Positions 1-9,958 of a DNA stretch of 64,000 nt are shown piece after piece (within the stretch, counting starts at the first letter, position 1; the number at the start of each line of letters is the position of its first letter). Where the stretch lies: assembly GCA_965223505.1 (NCBI GenBank), contig CBDCWP010000038.1, forward strand, positions 128,001-192,000, in the 5' to 3' direction. This stretch comes from Planctomycetota bacterium. GTDB taxonomy: Bacteria > Planctomycetota > PLA2 > JAEUHO01. A program made the translations under genes and the position numbers. The notes beneath the pieces are model-generated. The model saw nothing but the letters and a program-made list of their open reading frames with translations. It was not told the origin of the DNA and made no database searches.

Positions 1-1034
1 ATCTGGTCCGGACGCCAGACGCCGTCCTTCTCCTTGAGCTCGACCAGGAACGGCGAGTCCGTGTAGCGCTTGCTGTAGTCGACGAAGTACGGAACCTGGC
101 GGTCGTGGTGGAACTCCTTGAGGAGCACGTGGTTCACGGCCATCCACCATGCGCCGTCCTGGCCCGCGTTCACGTTGACCCACGTGTCGGCGTACTTGGC
201 GACCTGGTTGAAGTCCGGCGAGAAGACGTACATCTTCGTGCCGTTGTGCCGAGCCTCGGCCGCAAAGTGGCAGTCGGGCGTGCGCGTCATGTTGAGGTTC
301 GACCCCATGACGGCCAACAGCTTCGCGTTGTACCAGTCCGCGCTCTCGTTGACGTCGGTCTGCTCGCCCCAGGTCTCGGGCGACGCGTTGGGCAGGTCGC
401 AGTACCAGTCGTAGAACGACAGGGAGACGCCGCCCATCAGCTGGAGCATGCGCGCGCCGGACGCGTAGCTGAGCATCGACATGGCGGGAATCGGCGAGAA
501 GCCTGCGATGCGGTCCGGACCGTGCGCCTTGATCGTATGCACGTTTGATGCCGCCATGATCTCGAGCACCGTGTCCCATGACGTCCGGCGAAAGCCCCCT
601 TTGCCCCGCGCAAGCTGCCAACGGCGACGACGGTCCGGATCCGCAACCATCCAAGCCCAGGCGTCCACCGGATCGCGGTGCATCGCCTTGGCTGTTTTCC
701 ATGTGTCGAGCAGCGCGCCGCGGATGTACGGATACTTCACGCGCAGCGGGCTGTAGAGGTACCAGGAGAACGAGATGCCGCGCTGGCAGCCGCGCGGTTC
801 GTACGGCGGGATGTCCGCGTTGAGCTTGGGGTAGTCGAGCCCCTGCATCTCCCACGTGACGATGCCGTCCTTGACGTGGATCATCCACGTGCAGCCGCCG
901 GTGCAGTTGACGCCGTGCGTGGAGCGCACCACCTTGTCGTGCTGCCAGCGGTTGCGATAGAACTCTTCCCAGCCGCGTCGCTTGGCGCCGACGACGTCCT
1001 GGATCCACGGGAGGTTCTTGCCGTTGGTGCTCAT
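1..1034 (-). CDS. narG: Respiratory nitrate reductase / nitrite oxidoreductase alpha subunit, N-terminal part (runs off window start)
   Basis: Manual translation: [50 protein letters not shown]...; FS0 motif HxxxCxxxC; ATGA overlap with the upstream cytochrome gene; absent from the ORF track because it is truncated. Confidence 0.93.
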   Translation of the reverse strand, partial: MSTNGKNLPWIQDVVGAKRRGWEEFYRNRWQHDKVVRSTHGVNCTGGCTWMIHVKDGIVTWEMQGLDYPKLNADIPPYEPRGCQRGISFSWYLYSPLRVKYPYIRGALLDTWKTAKAMHRDPVDAWAWMVADPDRRRRWQLARGKGGFRRTSWDTVLEIMAASNVHTIKAHGPDRIAGFSPIPAMSMLSYASGARMLQLMGGVSLSFYDWYCDLPNASPETWGEQTDVNESADWYNAKLLAVMGSNLNMTRTPDCHFAAEARHNGTKMYVFSPDFNQVAKYADTWVNVNAGQDGAWWMAVNHVLLKEFHHDRQVPYFVDYSKRYTDSPFLVELKEKDGVWRPDQ

Positions 1035-1924
1035 ACCGTCGTTCCTTCCTTGGGCGCAGCGGCCGCCGAGGCGCGTCCCTCCCAAGAAGCGCGCTTGATC
1101 AGCGGCTTGCGGACTCCGCGGAAGCGGAATGCCCAGATGCGGTTGAAGGCGCCCAGCACGATGGCGGCGCCGAGCAGGCCCATCAGCGCGAAGATGAGCG
1201 GAGCGTTGCTCGACTCCTCTTGCTCGTGCTTCGCGGTGTGTTCGAAGTACGCGACCAGCCCGAGGATCTCGTCCTCGGTCATGGGGTGCTCGCGGAAGGT
1301 CGGCTGCATCGTCGGCGTCGCGGGCGCGCTGAGCCAGGTGCCGAGCTTGCGGCGGTCTTCATAGCGTTCGAAGACCTTGGTGAGGTCCTTGTCCGAGAGG
1401 CGACCGCCGCCGAACGCCTTCAGCCCGCCGATGTCGTGGCAGGCGATGCAGGCGGCGCCGCCGTTGGCGAGCTGCTGCTCACCCGTGAAGAGCTCGCGGC
1501 CGAGCAGTACGTCCGCATTCGTGAAGGGCCGCATGCTGATCTGGACGCCCGCGAACTGCGACTTCTCGAGCTCGCTCTCGACGGCCACGAGGTCGAGCAG
1601 CTGCTCGGCGCGCTTGCGCGACATGCCGGCGATCGGGTTCATGCGGGCGCCGCGCGCCTCGTCGAGGAGCTTCAGCGCGTAGGGGTCGCCGCTGTCGAGG
1701 ACGCCGGTGGGATCGACGATGAACTTGATGAGCCAGTCGCGGTCCTTGCGCTTCTCGACGTGCTTGAGATCGGGTCCGGTGAGGCGTCCGCCACCGATCG
1801 TGTGACAGCTCGAACAGTTCTGTTTGAAGTCCGTCACAGGGTCTTCGGCGAAGGCCTTCGGACACCACAGGATCGCGATGATTGCCGCGAGGCAGATCAG
1901 CGATGCGCGTCTTGCGATGTTCAC
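1031..1924 (-). CDS. Membrane-anchored di-heme cytochrome c (NarC-like)
   Basis: Signal peptide, CSSCH and CIACH heme motifs, C-terminal TM helix; GGAGGG RBS before GTG at 1924; coupled to narG. Confidence 0.88.
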   Translation of the reverse strand: MNIARRASLICLAAIIAILWCPKAFAEDPVTDFKQNCSSCHTIGGGRLTGPDLKHVEKRKDRDWLIKFIVDPTGVLDSGDPYALKLLDEARGARMNPIAGMSRKRAEQLLDLVAVESELEKSQFAGVQISMRPFTNADVLLGRELFTGEQQLANGGAACIACHDIGGLKAFGGGRLSDKDLTKVFERYEDRRKLGTWLSAPATPTMQPTFREHPMTEDEILGLVAYFEHTAKHEQEESSNAPLIFALMGLLGAAIVLGAFNRIWAFRFRGVRKPLIKRASWEGRASAAAAPKEGTTV

Positions 1925-1961
1925 GGGCAGCCCTCCGTGCACTTGGAGCCGCCGTGCACAT

Positions 1962-1977
1962 AGGAAACGGCGTGCCA
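1962..1977 (-). promoter_or_regulatory. Putative sigma54 -24/-12 promoter of the narC-narG operon
   Basis: TGGCACG-CCGT-TTCCT vs consensus TGGCACG-N4-TTGCW (one mismatch at -13). Confidence 0.55.
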
Positions 1978-2074
1978 CCTCGCGCCCGACGCACCGAAAT
2001 CAGGCCCTCTTAAGTCGTTTCATGGACGCCACTTGCGACAGTGCTTCCACGCCCTACGGGCGCGCCACCGCGCG

Positions 2075-2196
2075 GCGCATACACCGGTATGCGCGTCGAC
2101 GGAGCCGGACGGCGCCGAGGCCGAACTGCGGGCCCCGCCGGGGGTGCATACACGTCGATGCACCGCACCGAGGGGATCGCGTACCGCGCTATGCGG
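2075..2196. promoter_or_regulatory. Three related palindromes, candidate enhancer (UAS) sites
   Basis: GCGCATAC-ACCG-GTATGCGC (2075-2094), GTGCATACACGTCGATGCAC (2144-2163), TCGCGTACCGCGCTATGCGG (2177-2196); shared GCRT-N8-ATGC core. Confidence 0.55.
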
Positions 2197-2260
2197 CGCG
2201 CGGCGCCTTCACGGCCTCCTTGCTGGCCGGTCCGCCCCGGATTCGGCAATCCCCATCCGG

Positions 2261-3085
2261 ATGTTCCGCTACGCGCGCCTCCTGCCCTGCCTCCCCTTCG
2301 CGCTGCTCCTCGGTGCATGCACGACGTCCAGCCTCTCCACCGGAAGTGCTCGGGCCGCCGACGCCGCGATGGCGAGCCGCTCGGAGGACTCGTACGAACG
2401 CCCCGAGGACGTCGTTCGCGGCCTTCGCCTTCTCGAGCAGGCGCTCGAGGCACGCCGCGACCGGCGCGCCGCGTTCGTGGGCACGTACTGGATGACGACC
2501 CGCGCGATCCAACGCCGCATCGGCACGGGCTACTACGAGGACGACGACTACGTGTCGAACGCGGTGGTGCGCATCGCGAGCTACCACCGGGTCGCGCACG
2601 AGGCGTACGAAGACGGGCGTCGAAGCGACGTCCCGGTCGTCTGGCGGCGCGCGAACGATGCCGGCACGCGAAAGGCCGCCGGCCACGAGGTCGTGTTGCT
2701 CGGGATCGTGGCGCACGTCCGCGACTTGGCATACGTCGTCGCCGACCTCGACGACCGCGCCGCACGCGACCGGCAACGCCGGGACTTCCAGTGCATCGAG
2801 ACGATCCTGTGCGAGACGATCGACCCCGTGCAGCGCTATCTGGGTCGGCGCCACGACCGCGCCTTCGCGCTGATGGACGCCTTGGCCATCGACTACGACG
2901 AGAGCGTCTTCTGCCGCTGGCTGATCGCCATGCGCAACGAAGCCTGGCGATTCGGAGTTGCGCTGGCCGATGCCTCCGACGCGGAGGAACGCCGGCGGAT
3001 CCGCGCGCGCATCGAGACACGGTTCCTTCAGCGTTCGCGGTTCATCGGCCGAACGCCGCTACGGGCACTGGCGCGGGATCGATGA
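2261..3085 (+). CDS. DUF5995-like lipoprotein
   Basis: Lipobox LLGAC; pattern AFxxxYxxxT...VPxxW...LLGIxAHVxDL typical of DUF5995. Confidence 0.7.
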   Translation: MFRYARLLPCLPFALLLGACTTSSLSTGSARAADAAMASRSEDSYERPEDVVRGLRLLEQALEARRDRRAAFVGTYWMTTRAIQRRIGTGYYEDDDYVSNAVVRIASYHRVAHEAYEDGRRSDVPVVWRRANDAGTRKAAGHEVVLLGIVAHVRDLAYVVADLDDRAARDRQRRDFQCIETILCETIDPVQRYLGRRHDRAFALMDALAIDYDESVFCRWLIAMRNEAWRFGVALADASDAEERRRIRARIETRFLQRSRFIGRTPLRALARDR

Positions 3086-3091
3086 GCCCGC

Positions 3092-5665
3092 TCAGTCCTT
3101 CCGGCGCAGCCACGGAACGACGACGTGGTGGACGACCCTCTTGGACATCGTAGGAGGCAGCTCGACCGGGAGCGGCCGGTGGTAGCGCGTCATGACCCCG
3201 CCGTCGTCGAGCCGCTCTTCGACGTAGAACAGTCGCAACGCCTTCCCCGCCGACGGCAACAGGAACGCTCCGTCCGCGTTCGATACGACGCTCCACGCCG
3301 GTTTCACTTCGCTTCCGTCGTCCGGGACGTACGCCGCGGACAGCTTCGGGTGCGGCACGGCGTGTCCGTTCGGCTCGTACAGGCGTCCGACGACGTGGCG
3401 GAATGCGTCGAACTGGATCGTCACGTCGAGACGCCGTTGCTCGGCGCCCAGCTCGTACAGACCGAAGACGCCCTGCATCAACGGCGCGGAGACCCACAGG
3501 CAGAACGTCTTTTCGGTCTTGGGCATCCAAAGCCGGAAGCGCCCCTTCTCGTCGGCCCGCACCTTGCCGAGAAACGTGCGCTCGCTTCGATAGACGCGCC
3601 AGTCGACATCGGTCTGAAGCAGCTGTACCTGCGGCTGACCGGGCAGCACCTCGCGCTCGGCGAATTCGACTTGAACGCTCTGCGGTGCCGTGCCGTCTAC
3701 GTAGCGGATCGCCAGGTCGAGCAACACCCCGTCCCACGCCGCTCCGTCGACGGTCCGAAGCGGTACGACGAGCTCGTGAACGCCGTCGCCCTCCGGAAGC
3801 TCGAACCGCCAGTGGATGTCGTGCGTGCGGCCCGCGCCGGTCGTCCAGGTGCCGCTGAGGTAGTGCGAGGCCGGAACGGTACGCCTCGCGCCACCCGACG
3901 CGTCGAACATGTGGACGGTCCGAAGCAGCTGTAGGGAAACGGAGGGGCGCGCGCGCGTCAGCTCGATCGGCGCGCCGTCCATCACACCCAGAAACGTGAG
4001 GTCGCTCAGCGTTTCCGGCAGATCGGGCAAGCGCAGGCGCACATTCGGCTCGGGCAGCTCGCGCATGACCCAACGATCCGTGCCGTCCATCGAGCGACCG
4101 TCGAGATGCAGCGGCGCCTCGGTCCATCCCGGTCCCATGCCGACGAGCGCGGGACGATCGGTCCCGGCGCCGCGTAGCGTGAACGCGCCGCGCGCGTCGG
4201 TCCACGCGCCGCGATGCCCGGCCCTCACGTAGACCTGCCCGCGCGGCATTCCGTCCGGACCGACCAGCTGTCCGTCGTACCGGGTGGTCACGTCGGACGG
4301 CACGCGAATGCGGTCCTCGATCGCGACCGTGCGCCAGAACGGCCGCTTCCGTTCGTTCTCGCTCCAGCAAAGCCCGATCTTGGAGCCGGCGCCGGAGGGC
4401 AGGACGACCCGGCCCGCGCGGTTGGTGCGCGGGAGAGCTCGCGTCTCGCCGAAGTAGTCGACGAAGACGCCATCCACCGGCTCTCCGGTGTCCCACTCGA
4501 AGTGCAACACCCGGGGCGCGCGGCGCGTCACACGCAGCTCGAGATCGGTACTCGTGGTCCAGTTGCCCGGCAACCGCCCGCCGTCCTCGCCGTCGACGCG
4601 GAACTCGTGGGTCGCGTACCCGGGCGTGCACACGCTCAGATACGGCTCACCGCGCTTCGGCATGCGCAGCTCACCGTTACTCGAGGGATAGAAGCAGAAG
4701 ACACCTTCGCTCGAAATGGGAACGAGGTGCCAACCGGTCTCGCTCGTTCGCAGGGACACCGTGCCCTCGCGCACGAGCCGGTCGCGTTCGTTCAGAACCC
4801 GGCCCTGTACGACCGCGCGCCGTCCCACGATCGGCGGCGGCGGCTCGACGGGCCCGGCCACCCGTGTCGCGTTCGCGCTCGGCGCATCGCCGGGCGCCTT
4901 CGCGCGGCTCGAACCCTCCAGGCCGGCCGGCAGGCTCGCGACGTCCGGCGCCCCGTCCACGCCGCCGTCGTAGGCGCCCGGTCGCGCGTCGTTCGTCGCC
5001 TCCAGCGCCCACCAGACGGCGCCGGAGCCGATCAGCACGGCAACGAGGCCCGCCCACGCGAAGTTCGCTTTCGTCATCATCCACACTCCCTGCAACCAGC
5101 CGGCGGCGCGGGCCACCGGCGACAGCCATCCGAGGTCGTGGAACGAGAGCGGTGCGATGAGCAGCGCGCGATCTCCGAGGCGACGATCGAGACGAGCGCG
5201 CAGCTGTTCGACGGCGCGACGCAGGCGTGTTCGCACCGTGGCAGCCGGCACGTTCATCAGCCGCGCGATCTCGTCGATCGAGTACTCGTCGAAGAACCGC
5301 AGCAACACCGTGGTGCGATAGGGCTCCTCGAGCGTGAGCACCGTGCGCGTCACGATCGTCTGGAGCTCGGCGCGCTCGACGACATCGTCCGCCGGCGCCT
5401 CGTCGGGACGCGCGACGCGCGCTTCGCGACGCCGGCGGCTCAATGTGGACCGCGTGTTGTCGACGGCGCGCCGCCGCAGCACGCGCTGCAGCCAGCCTCT
5501 CGGATTGCGGCGATCGGGCGGGGGCTTCTGCAGCGCGGCCAGCCAGGTTTCCTGCGCCAGGTCGTCCGCGGTGTGCGGATCCGTGGCCATTCGGTGGGCA
5601 AGCGTTCGAACCCAACGGCGATTCGCCAGCAGCTCGTCCATCGACGCCGAACGACCCGGTTTCAT
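3092..5665 (-). CDS. ECF sigma factor with TM helix and long extracytoplasmic carboxypeptidase-regulatory-like (beta-sandwich) extension
   Basis: Sigma2 (ADDLAQETWLAAL), sigma4 (EIARLMNVPAATVRTRLRRA), TM segment, repeated GxV/TDAxGxF motifs; TAGGAT-N7-ATG at 5665. Confidence 0.85.
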   Translation of the reverse strand: MKPGRSASMDELLANRRWVRTLAHRMATDPHTADDLAQETWLAALQKPPPDRRNPRGWLQRVLRRRAVDNTRSTLSRRRREARVARPDEAPADDVVERAELQTIVTRTVLTLEEPYRTTVLLRFFDEYSIDEIARLMNVPAATVRTRLRRAVEQLRARLDRRLGDRALLIAPLSFHDLGWLSPVARAAGWLQGVWMMTKANFAWAGLVAVLIGSGAVWWALEATNDARPGAYDGGVDGAPDVASLPAGLEGSSRAKAPGDAPSANATRVAGPVEPPPPIVGRRAVVQGRVLNERDRLVREGTVSLRTSETGWHLVPISSEGVFCFYPSSNGELRMPKRGEPYLSVCTPGYATHEFRVDGEDGGRLPGNWTTSTDLELRVTRRAPRVLHFEWDTGEPVDGVFVDYFGETRALPRTNRAGRVVLPSGAGSKIGLCWSENERKRPFWRTVAIEDRIRVPSDVTTRYDGQLVGPDGMPRGQVYVRAGHRGAWTDARGAFTLRGAGTDRPALVGMGPGWTEAPLHLDGRSMDGTDRWVMRELPEPNVRLRLPDLPETLSDLTFLGVMDGAPIELTRARPSVSLQLLRTVHMFDASGGARRTVPASHYLSGTWTTGAGRTHDIHWRFELPEGDGVHELVVPLRTVDGAAWDGVLLDLAIRYVDGTAPQSVQVEFAEREVLPGQPQVQLLQTDVDWRVYRSERTFLGKVRADEKGRFRLWMPKTEKTFCLWVSAPLMQGVFGLYELGAEQRRLDVTIQFDAFRHVVGRLYEPNGHAVPHPKLSAAYVPDDGSEVKPAWSVVSNADGAFLLPSAGKALRLFYVEERLDDGGVMTRYHRPLPVELPPTMSKRVVHHVVVPWLRRKD

Positions 5666-5768
5666 GGGCACCATCCTATTCCGCGACCACATACCCATCG
5701 GTGCCGGCGTCCCGGTTGATTCAACATTCCGCGAAATCGACGCCGGTCCTGCTTGTATGGTCCGGCGC

Positions 5769-6254
5769 ATGGCGGCGGTCACGACCAAAGACGTGCTCCT
5801 GGCGAACCTCGACTGGGCGTTCGACCGCTCGGCCTGGCACGGCACGACGCTCAAGGGTTCGCTGCGAGGGCTGAAGCCCGAGGTCGCGTGCTGGCAGCCG
5901 GGTCCGGAGCGCAACAGCATCTGGCAGCTGCTGCTGCACGCCGCGTACTGGAAGTACATCGCGCGCCGCCGGTTGGCCGGCAGCGACGAGCCGGAGTTTC
6001 CGCGTTCCCCCAGCAACTTTCCCTCGCCGCCCAAGGGCGGGACCGCGACGGACCTCAAGCGCGACATCCGGTTGCTCACCGACGAGCACGCGATGTTGCG
6101 CACGTCGGTGGAGGCGTTTCCGGTCACGCGGCTCGACGAGCGCTTCGGCAAGGCGGGCCCGACCGCCGCGGGACTGATCCTCGGCGTCGCTGCGCACGAC
6201 CTCTATCACACGGGCCAGATTCAGCTCTTGAAGCGGCTGCACGCGGAGCGCTGA
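5769..6254 (+). CDS. DinB family protein
   Basis: WHG, SIWQLLLH and HDLYHTGQI motifs. Confidence 0.85.
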   Translation: MAAVTTKDVLLANLDWAFDRSAWHGTTLKGSLRGLKPEVACWQPGPERNSIWQLLLHAAYWKYIARRRLAGSDEPEFPRSPSNFPSPPKGGTATDLKRDIRLLTDEHAMLRTSVEAFPVTRLDERFGKAGPTAAGLILGVAAHDLYHTGQIQLLKRLHAER

Positions 6255-6255
6255 G

Positions 6256-6774
6256 ATGACCGCGACGAAGCGAATCGCGCGGACCCTCGAACGGGTGCGC
6301 GTGCAGTACGACGCGCTGATCGACCTCGCCCGGGATCCCGACGCACCGACCCTTCGTGACGAGAGCGTGTCGGCGTGGTCGATCGGGGAACAGCTCGAGC
6401 ACCTGGCGTTGGCCGACCGCCCCATCCTCGACGCCGTCGATCGGATCCTGGCCGGCGGCCATGCCGACGATGCGAAGAAGAAGCCGAGCAAGATCGGCCG
6501 AATGATGCTGCTCTCGGGCTGGATCCCGCGCGGCAAGGGCCGGGCTCCCGAGGTCGCGAGACCGAGAGGTGCCGATCCCGGCGCGATCGCGGCCGGACTC
6601 GCGATCGAGAAGGAGCGCTGCGAAGCGTACGACGCGGCGGCGCTTCGCGAGGCGGCCGGCACCGTGGCGCACTTCGCGTTCGGACACATGACCGCGTGCC
6701 AGTGGTTGCGCTTCATCGAGGTGCATCACGACCACCACATGAAGATCATCCGCGACATTCAACGAGCGTGCTGA
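6256..6774 (+). CDS. DinB family protein
   Basis: WSIGEQLEHL, HFAFG and HHDHH motifs. Confidence 0.8.
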   Translation: MTATKRIARTLERVRVQYDALIDLARDPDAPTLRDESVSAWSIGEQLEHLALADRPILDAVDRILAGGHADDAKKKPSKIGRMMLLSGWIPRGKGRAPEVARPRGADPGAIAAGLAIEKERCEAYDAAALREAAGTVAHFAFGHMTACQWLRFIEVHHDHHMKIIRDIQRAC

Positions 6775-6777
6775 CGT

Positions 6778-8624
6778 CTACTTCGCTCGAAGATGTACGC
6801 TCGGGATGCCCAACTTCGCGACGTCGGGCGGGTAGCGCTGCGCGTTCTTCTCCCACCAGGAACGCCACCAGGCACCGTCGTGCTTCTCGTCGTAACTGAC
6901 GCCGGTGATGCGACCCAGCCCGAAGTAGCCGATGCCGTAGACGCTGTCATACGTATTGTCCGCCTCGACGACACCGATGAGGAACGGAACGGCGCGCGCG
7001 TTCCCGATCGCGGCGACCGCAGTCGCCAGCGGCCACCAGCGTCGCTTGTACGGCGTGTTCTCGATTGCGCTCAGCAAGGCGTCGAGCGTGGCGTCGTGCT
7101 TCACGGTGCCGAGGGTATGGGCGGCAGTGTGGAACAGCTCTCCGGGCAGCCGCTCCTCCGCGTTGATCGCCGGTACGACGTGCGCCACGAGGTACTCGAT
7201 GTCGGGCTTCAACAACGTCACGAACTGCAGCGCTGCGACGCGCATGTCCGCGCTCTCCTCGGGGTCGATCCACCACTCGTGGGCGATCTCGAAGGCGCCG
7301 CCGTCCCGGAGCATCTCGATCACGTCGATGCCCTGTCGCCGACCGCGCTCGATGTTCAGCGCTCGCTGGTTGCGCAGGAGCTTGACCCGATCCTCTCCGG
7401 TGCGCGTCTTCATCTTCTCCAGAAACGCAGCGACGCCGGCCCGAAGCAGCTCTTCGAGTGTCGCGTCCGCGAACTGGTCCCGCCAAGCCTCGAAGTGCTC
7501 GTGGTCCTCCGCGATCTCGGGGCCCGCGTAGACAGTGAGGATCCCGAACGCTTCCCCTTGCACCTGCGCGTCCTCGTCTTGCGCGCCGAGCACCAGGAAA
7601 CCGGCAACGTGCTTGTGCACGTGTAGACGGCCGGCGTGACAGAACTGCGCGAGCATCTCCCGTCGCGCGATCGGCGGCGCGATGCGGCTCCATACGGATC
7701 GGACGATCTCGATCCCTTCCTTGGGGATCGACGCCCCCAGAGCTCGCGCATGACCTTCACGCGCTCAGCCGCCGTCTTGCCCCGGTTGATCCGCTCGAGC
7801 CACGCCTCGGCATCGAAGGAGGCGTCGTCGCCGCCAGGCGGGTTCGGCCGGGGTGGCTCCGCTCGTTCGGTCGCCGCTTGGCCGGTCAGGCCCGGCGACG
7901 CTTCGAGCACGTCGGTCTCGGTGTGGGACGCCGCGACCGTCACCGGCTCGTCGCTGCCGTGTTCCGACTGCGCGACCCATCCCGCGGTGAACCCGACGGC
8001 CGCCGACACGACCGCGATGACGATCGACTTCGACATGACGATGACGCTCCCAATGCTCGCTGCCGTGGCCGTGCGCGAGATGCCTGCATCCGCCGCGAGG
8101 ACCAGCAGCGCCGGACTCCACGACCATGCGCCGTCGCCGTCGCGTTTCGCCAGCCGTTCACGCAGCTCGCGCCGGGCGTGCGCCAATCGGCGATCGACGG
8201 TCGCACGGGACGTCCCGCGCCCCTCCGCGATACGGCGCGCACTCAGACCCTCGAAGTAGCGCGCGACGACGACGTCCCGAAGCGGCTCGTCCAACGTGTT
8301 GACCGCGTCGATGACGCGCCGACACAGCACGAGCCGCGTCCGGGCATCGACGTCCGTCGCGGACGCTTCGCGGCGGGCAACCAGGTGCTCGCGCCGCGCA
8401 CGGCGCCGCTCGGAGCGCCGCTGCTTGAGCGCAAGGTTGCGCGCGACGACGTGGATCCAGCCGCGCACGTTGCGCTCGCGCTTCGGCGGCGTCTGCAGCG
8501 CGCGAACCCACGTCTCCTGAAGGGCGTCGTCGGCCGCGTCTTCGTTGACCAGCCCTCGCAAGAGGCCGCGCACCGCGGCGGACACGCGCTGAAGCTCTTC
8601 CGTCGTGGAGGGAACGATCGGCAT
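6778..8624 (-). pseudogene. ECF sigma factor with TM and HEAT-repeat C-terminal extension, frameshifted near 7723-7738 (pseudogene or sequencing error)
   Basis: ORF 7410..8624 has sigma2/sigma4 and TM then turns non-protein-like; ORF 6778..7656 has HEAT-like repeats; frames differ by 2 nt at G5 and C4 homopolymers. Confidence 0.75.
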
Positions 8625-8806
8625 CTCTACCAGGAATAACCCCGCGCACTCGAATCCCGCTCACGAGTCGAGAGCGAAGAGCCGAAGGAGCGCTCGCCGG
8701 ATTCCCAGCCACCTTGTTCGAGGGGCGACCGGGCTCTCGTCTCGCGCAGCAGCAACGCGGCGCGCAATCGAGGGTACGATCCGCCGCCCCGGAGACCGCA
8801 CCCCTC

Positions 8807-9457
8807 ATGACCGACCTGCTTCGCGACCCCGTCTCGATTCGGACCCGGCGGCTGTTGCTGTGGACCGCCGGCCTGTGCGCTGCGACGTTCTTCGGCGCGG
8901 TGGTGACGGGCCGCCTCGTCGCGTTGGTGCTCGTCTGGAACCTGTTCCTGGCCTGGGTTCCGTACGTCATGAGCCGGGGCATCGTCCGCATGGCGCGCGG
9001 GACACGCCACGGCACGGGCCTGCTCGTGCTCCCGACGGCGCTCTGGCTGCTCTTCTTCCCCAACGCGCCGTACATCGTCACGGACCTCGTCCACGTTCCG
9101 CGCATCCCGGCGCTGCTGATGGTGCCGGGCGCGCTGATGATCGCCGCGTTCGCTGCGCTCGCCATGAGTCTGGGGCTGTACTCGCTCTACGACATGCACC
9201 GCATCGTGCGGCGTCGGCTCGGGGCACGCTGGGGTTGGAGCTTCGTTACGACGGTCGTGTTCCTCGCGGCCATCGGCGTGTGGATGGGACGCGTGCTGCG
9301 CTGGAACAGCTGGGATGCGCTCCGGCACCCGACCGCCGTGCTTCGAAGCACGCTGGAGGGGCTGGCACGCAGTCCGAACGCCGCTGTCTTCGTTCTGGTG
9401 ATGGCCGCCGGCATGCTGTTGCTGTATCGGGGCGCGATCAACCGCCGCGCGGGCTGA
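8807..9457 (+). CDS. DUF1361 membrane protein
   Basis: WNLFLAWVP, WLLFFPNAPYIVTDLVH and GRVLRWNSWD motifs. Confidence 0.88.
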   Translation: MTDLLRDPVSIRTRRLLLWTAGLCAATFFGAVVTGRLVALVLVWNLFLAWVPYVMSRGIVRMARGTRHGTGLLVLPTALWLLFFPNAPYIVTDLVHVPRIPALLMVPGALMIAAFAALAMSLGLYSLYDMHRIVRRRLGARWGWSFVTTVVFLAAIGVWMGRVLRWNSWDALRHPTAVLRSTLEGLARSPNAAVFVLVMAAGMLLLYRGAINRRAG

Positions 9458-9458
9458 C

Positions 9459-9845
9459 CTACGCCATCGATCCGTGCGCGCCGGCGTGCAGCACCTGCGC
9501 CAAGTAGAGCGAGTTGCCGTCCGGGTCGCTGAACGACGCCAAGCGGACGTGCTCGTCCTCCGAGATCGGGCCGTCGAACGTGACGCCGCGCTCGCCGAGC
9601 TTCGTCATCACGTCTTCGAGTCGCTCGTTCACGTTGAGGCCGATGGAGATCGATCCGCGCGTGCCCGGCTCGGGCGCGTGCGGCGTCTTCGGATGCAGCC
9701 CGATCATGAGACCGGGACCGGCATCGATCTCCGCCCAGTCGTTGCCGGCGCGCAAGTGCAGCTTCAAACCCAGCTGTTCCGTGTAGAAGCGGATCGAGAC
9801 ACTCATGTCCGCTACGTAGATCGTCGTGTTTCCGCCTTCGATCAT
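9459..9845 (-). CDS. VOC (glyoxalase/bleomycin resistance) family protein
   Basis: SIRFYTEQLG and FSDPDGNSLYL motifs. Confidence 0.88.
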   Translation of the reverse strand: MIEGGNTTIYVADMSVSIRFYTEQLGLKLHLRAGNDWAEIDAGPGLMIGLHPKTPHAPEPGTRGSISIGLNVNERLEDVMTKLGERGVTFDGPISEDEHVRLASFSDPDGNSLYLAQVLHAGAHGSMA

Positions 9846-9958
9846 GTCGTGCTCCTGGCCAAGACGTGTACAGGGAGTCTTCGAGATGCGCAGGCGTCGG
9901 GCAAGTCGATTCGGTCGCGGAATGCCTGAACACCCTCGGTTGGGCGTAGGATGAGCCC

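Noticed and set aside
5675..6151. N-terminal extension of the 1019-aa ECF ORF
   Set aside because: Antisense to the DinB gene; sigma homology and the promoter point to a start at 5665
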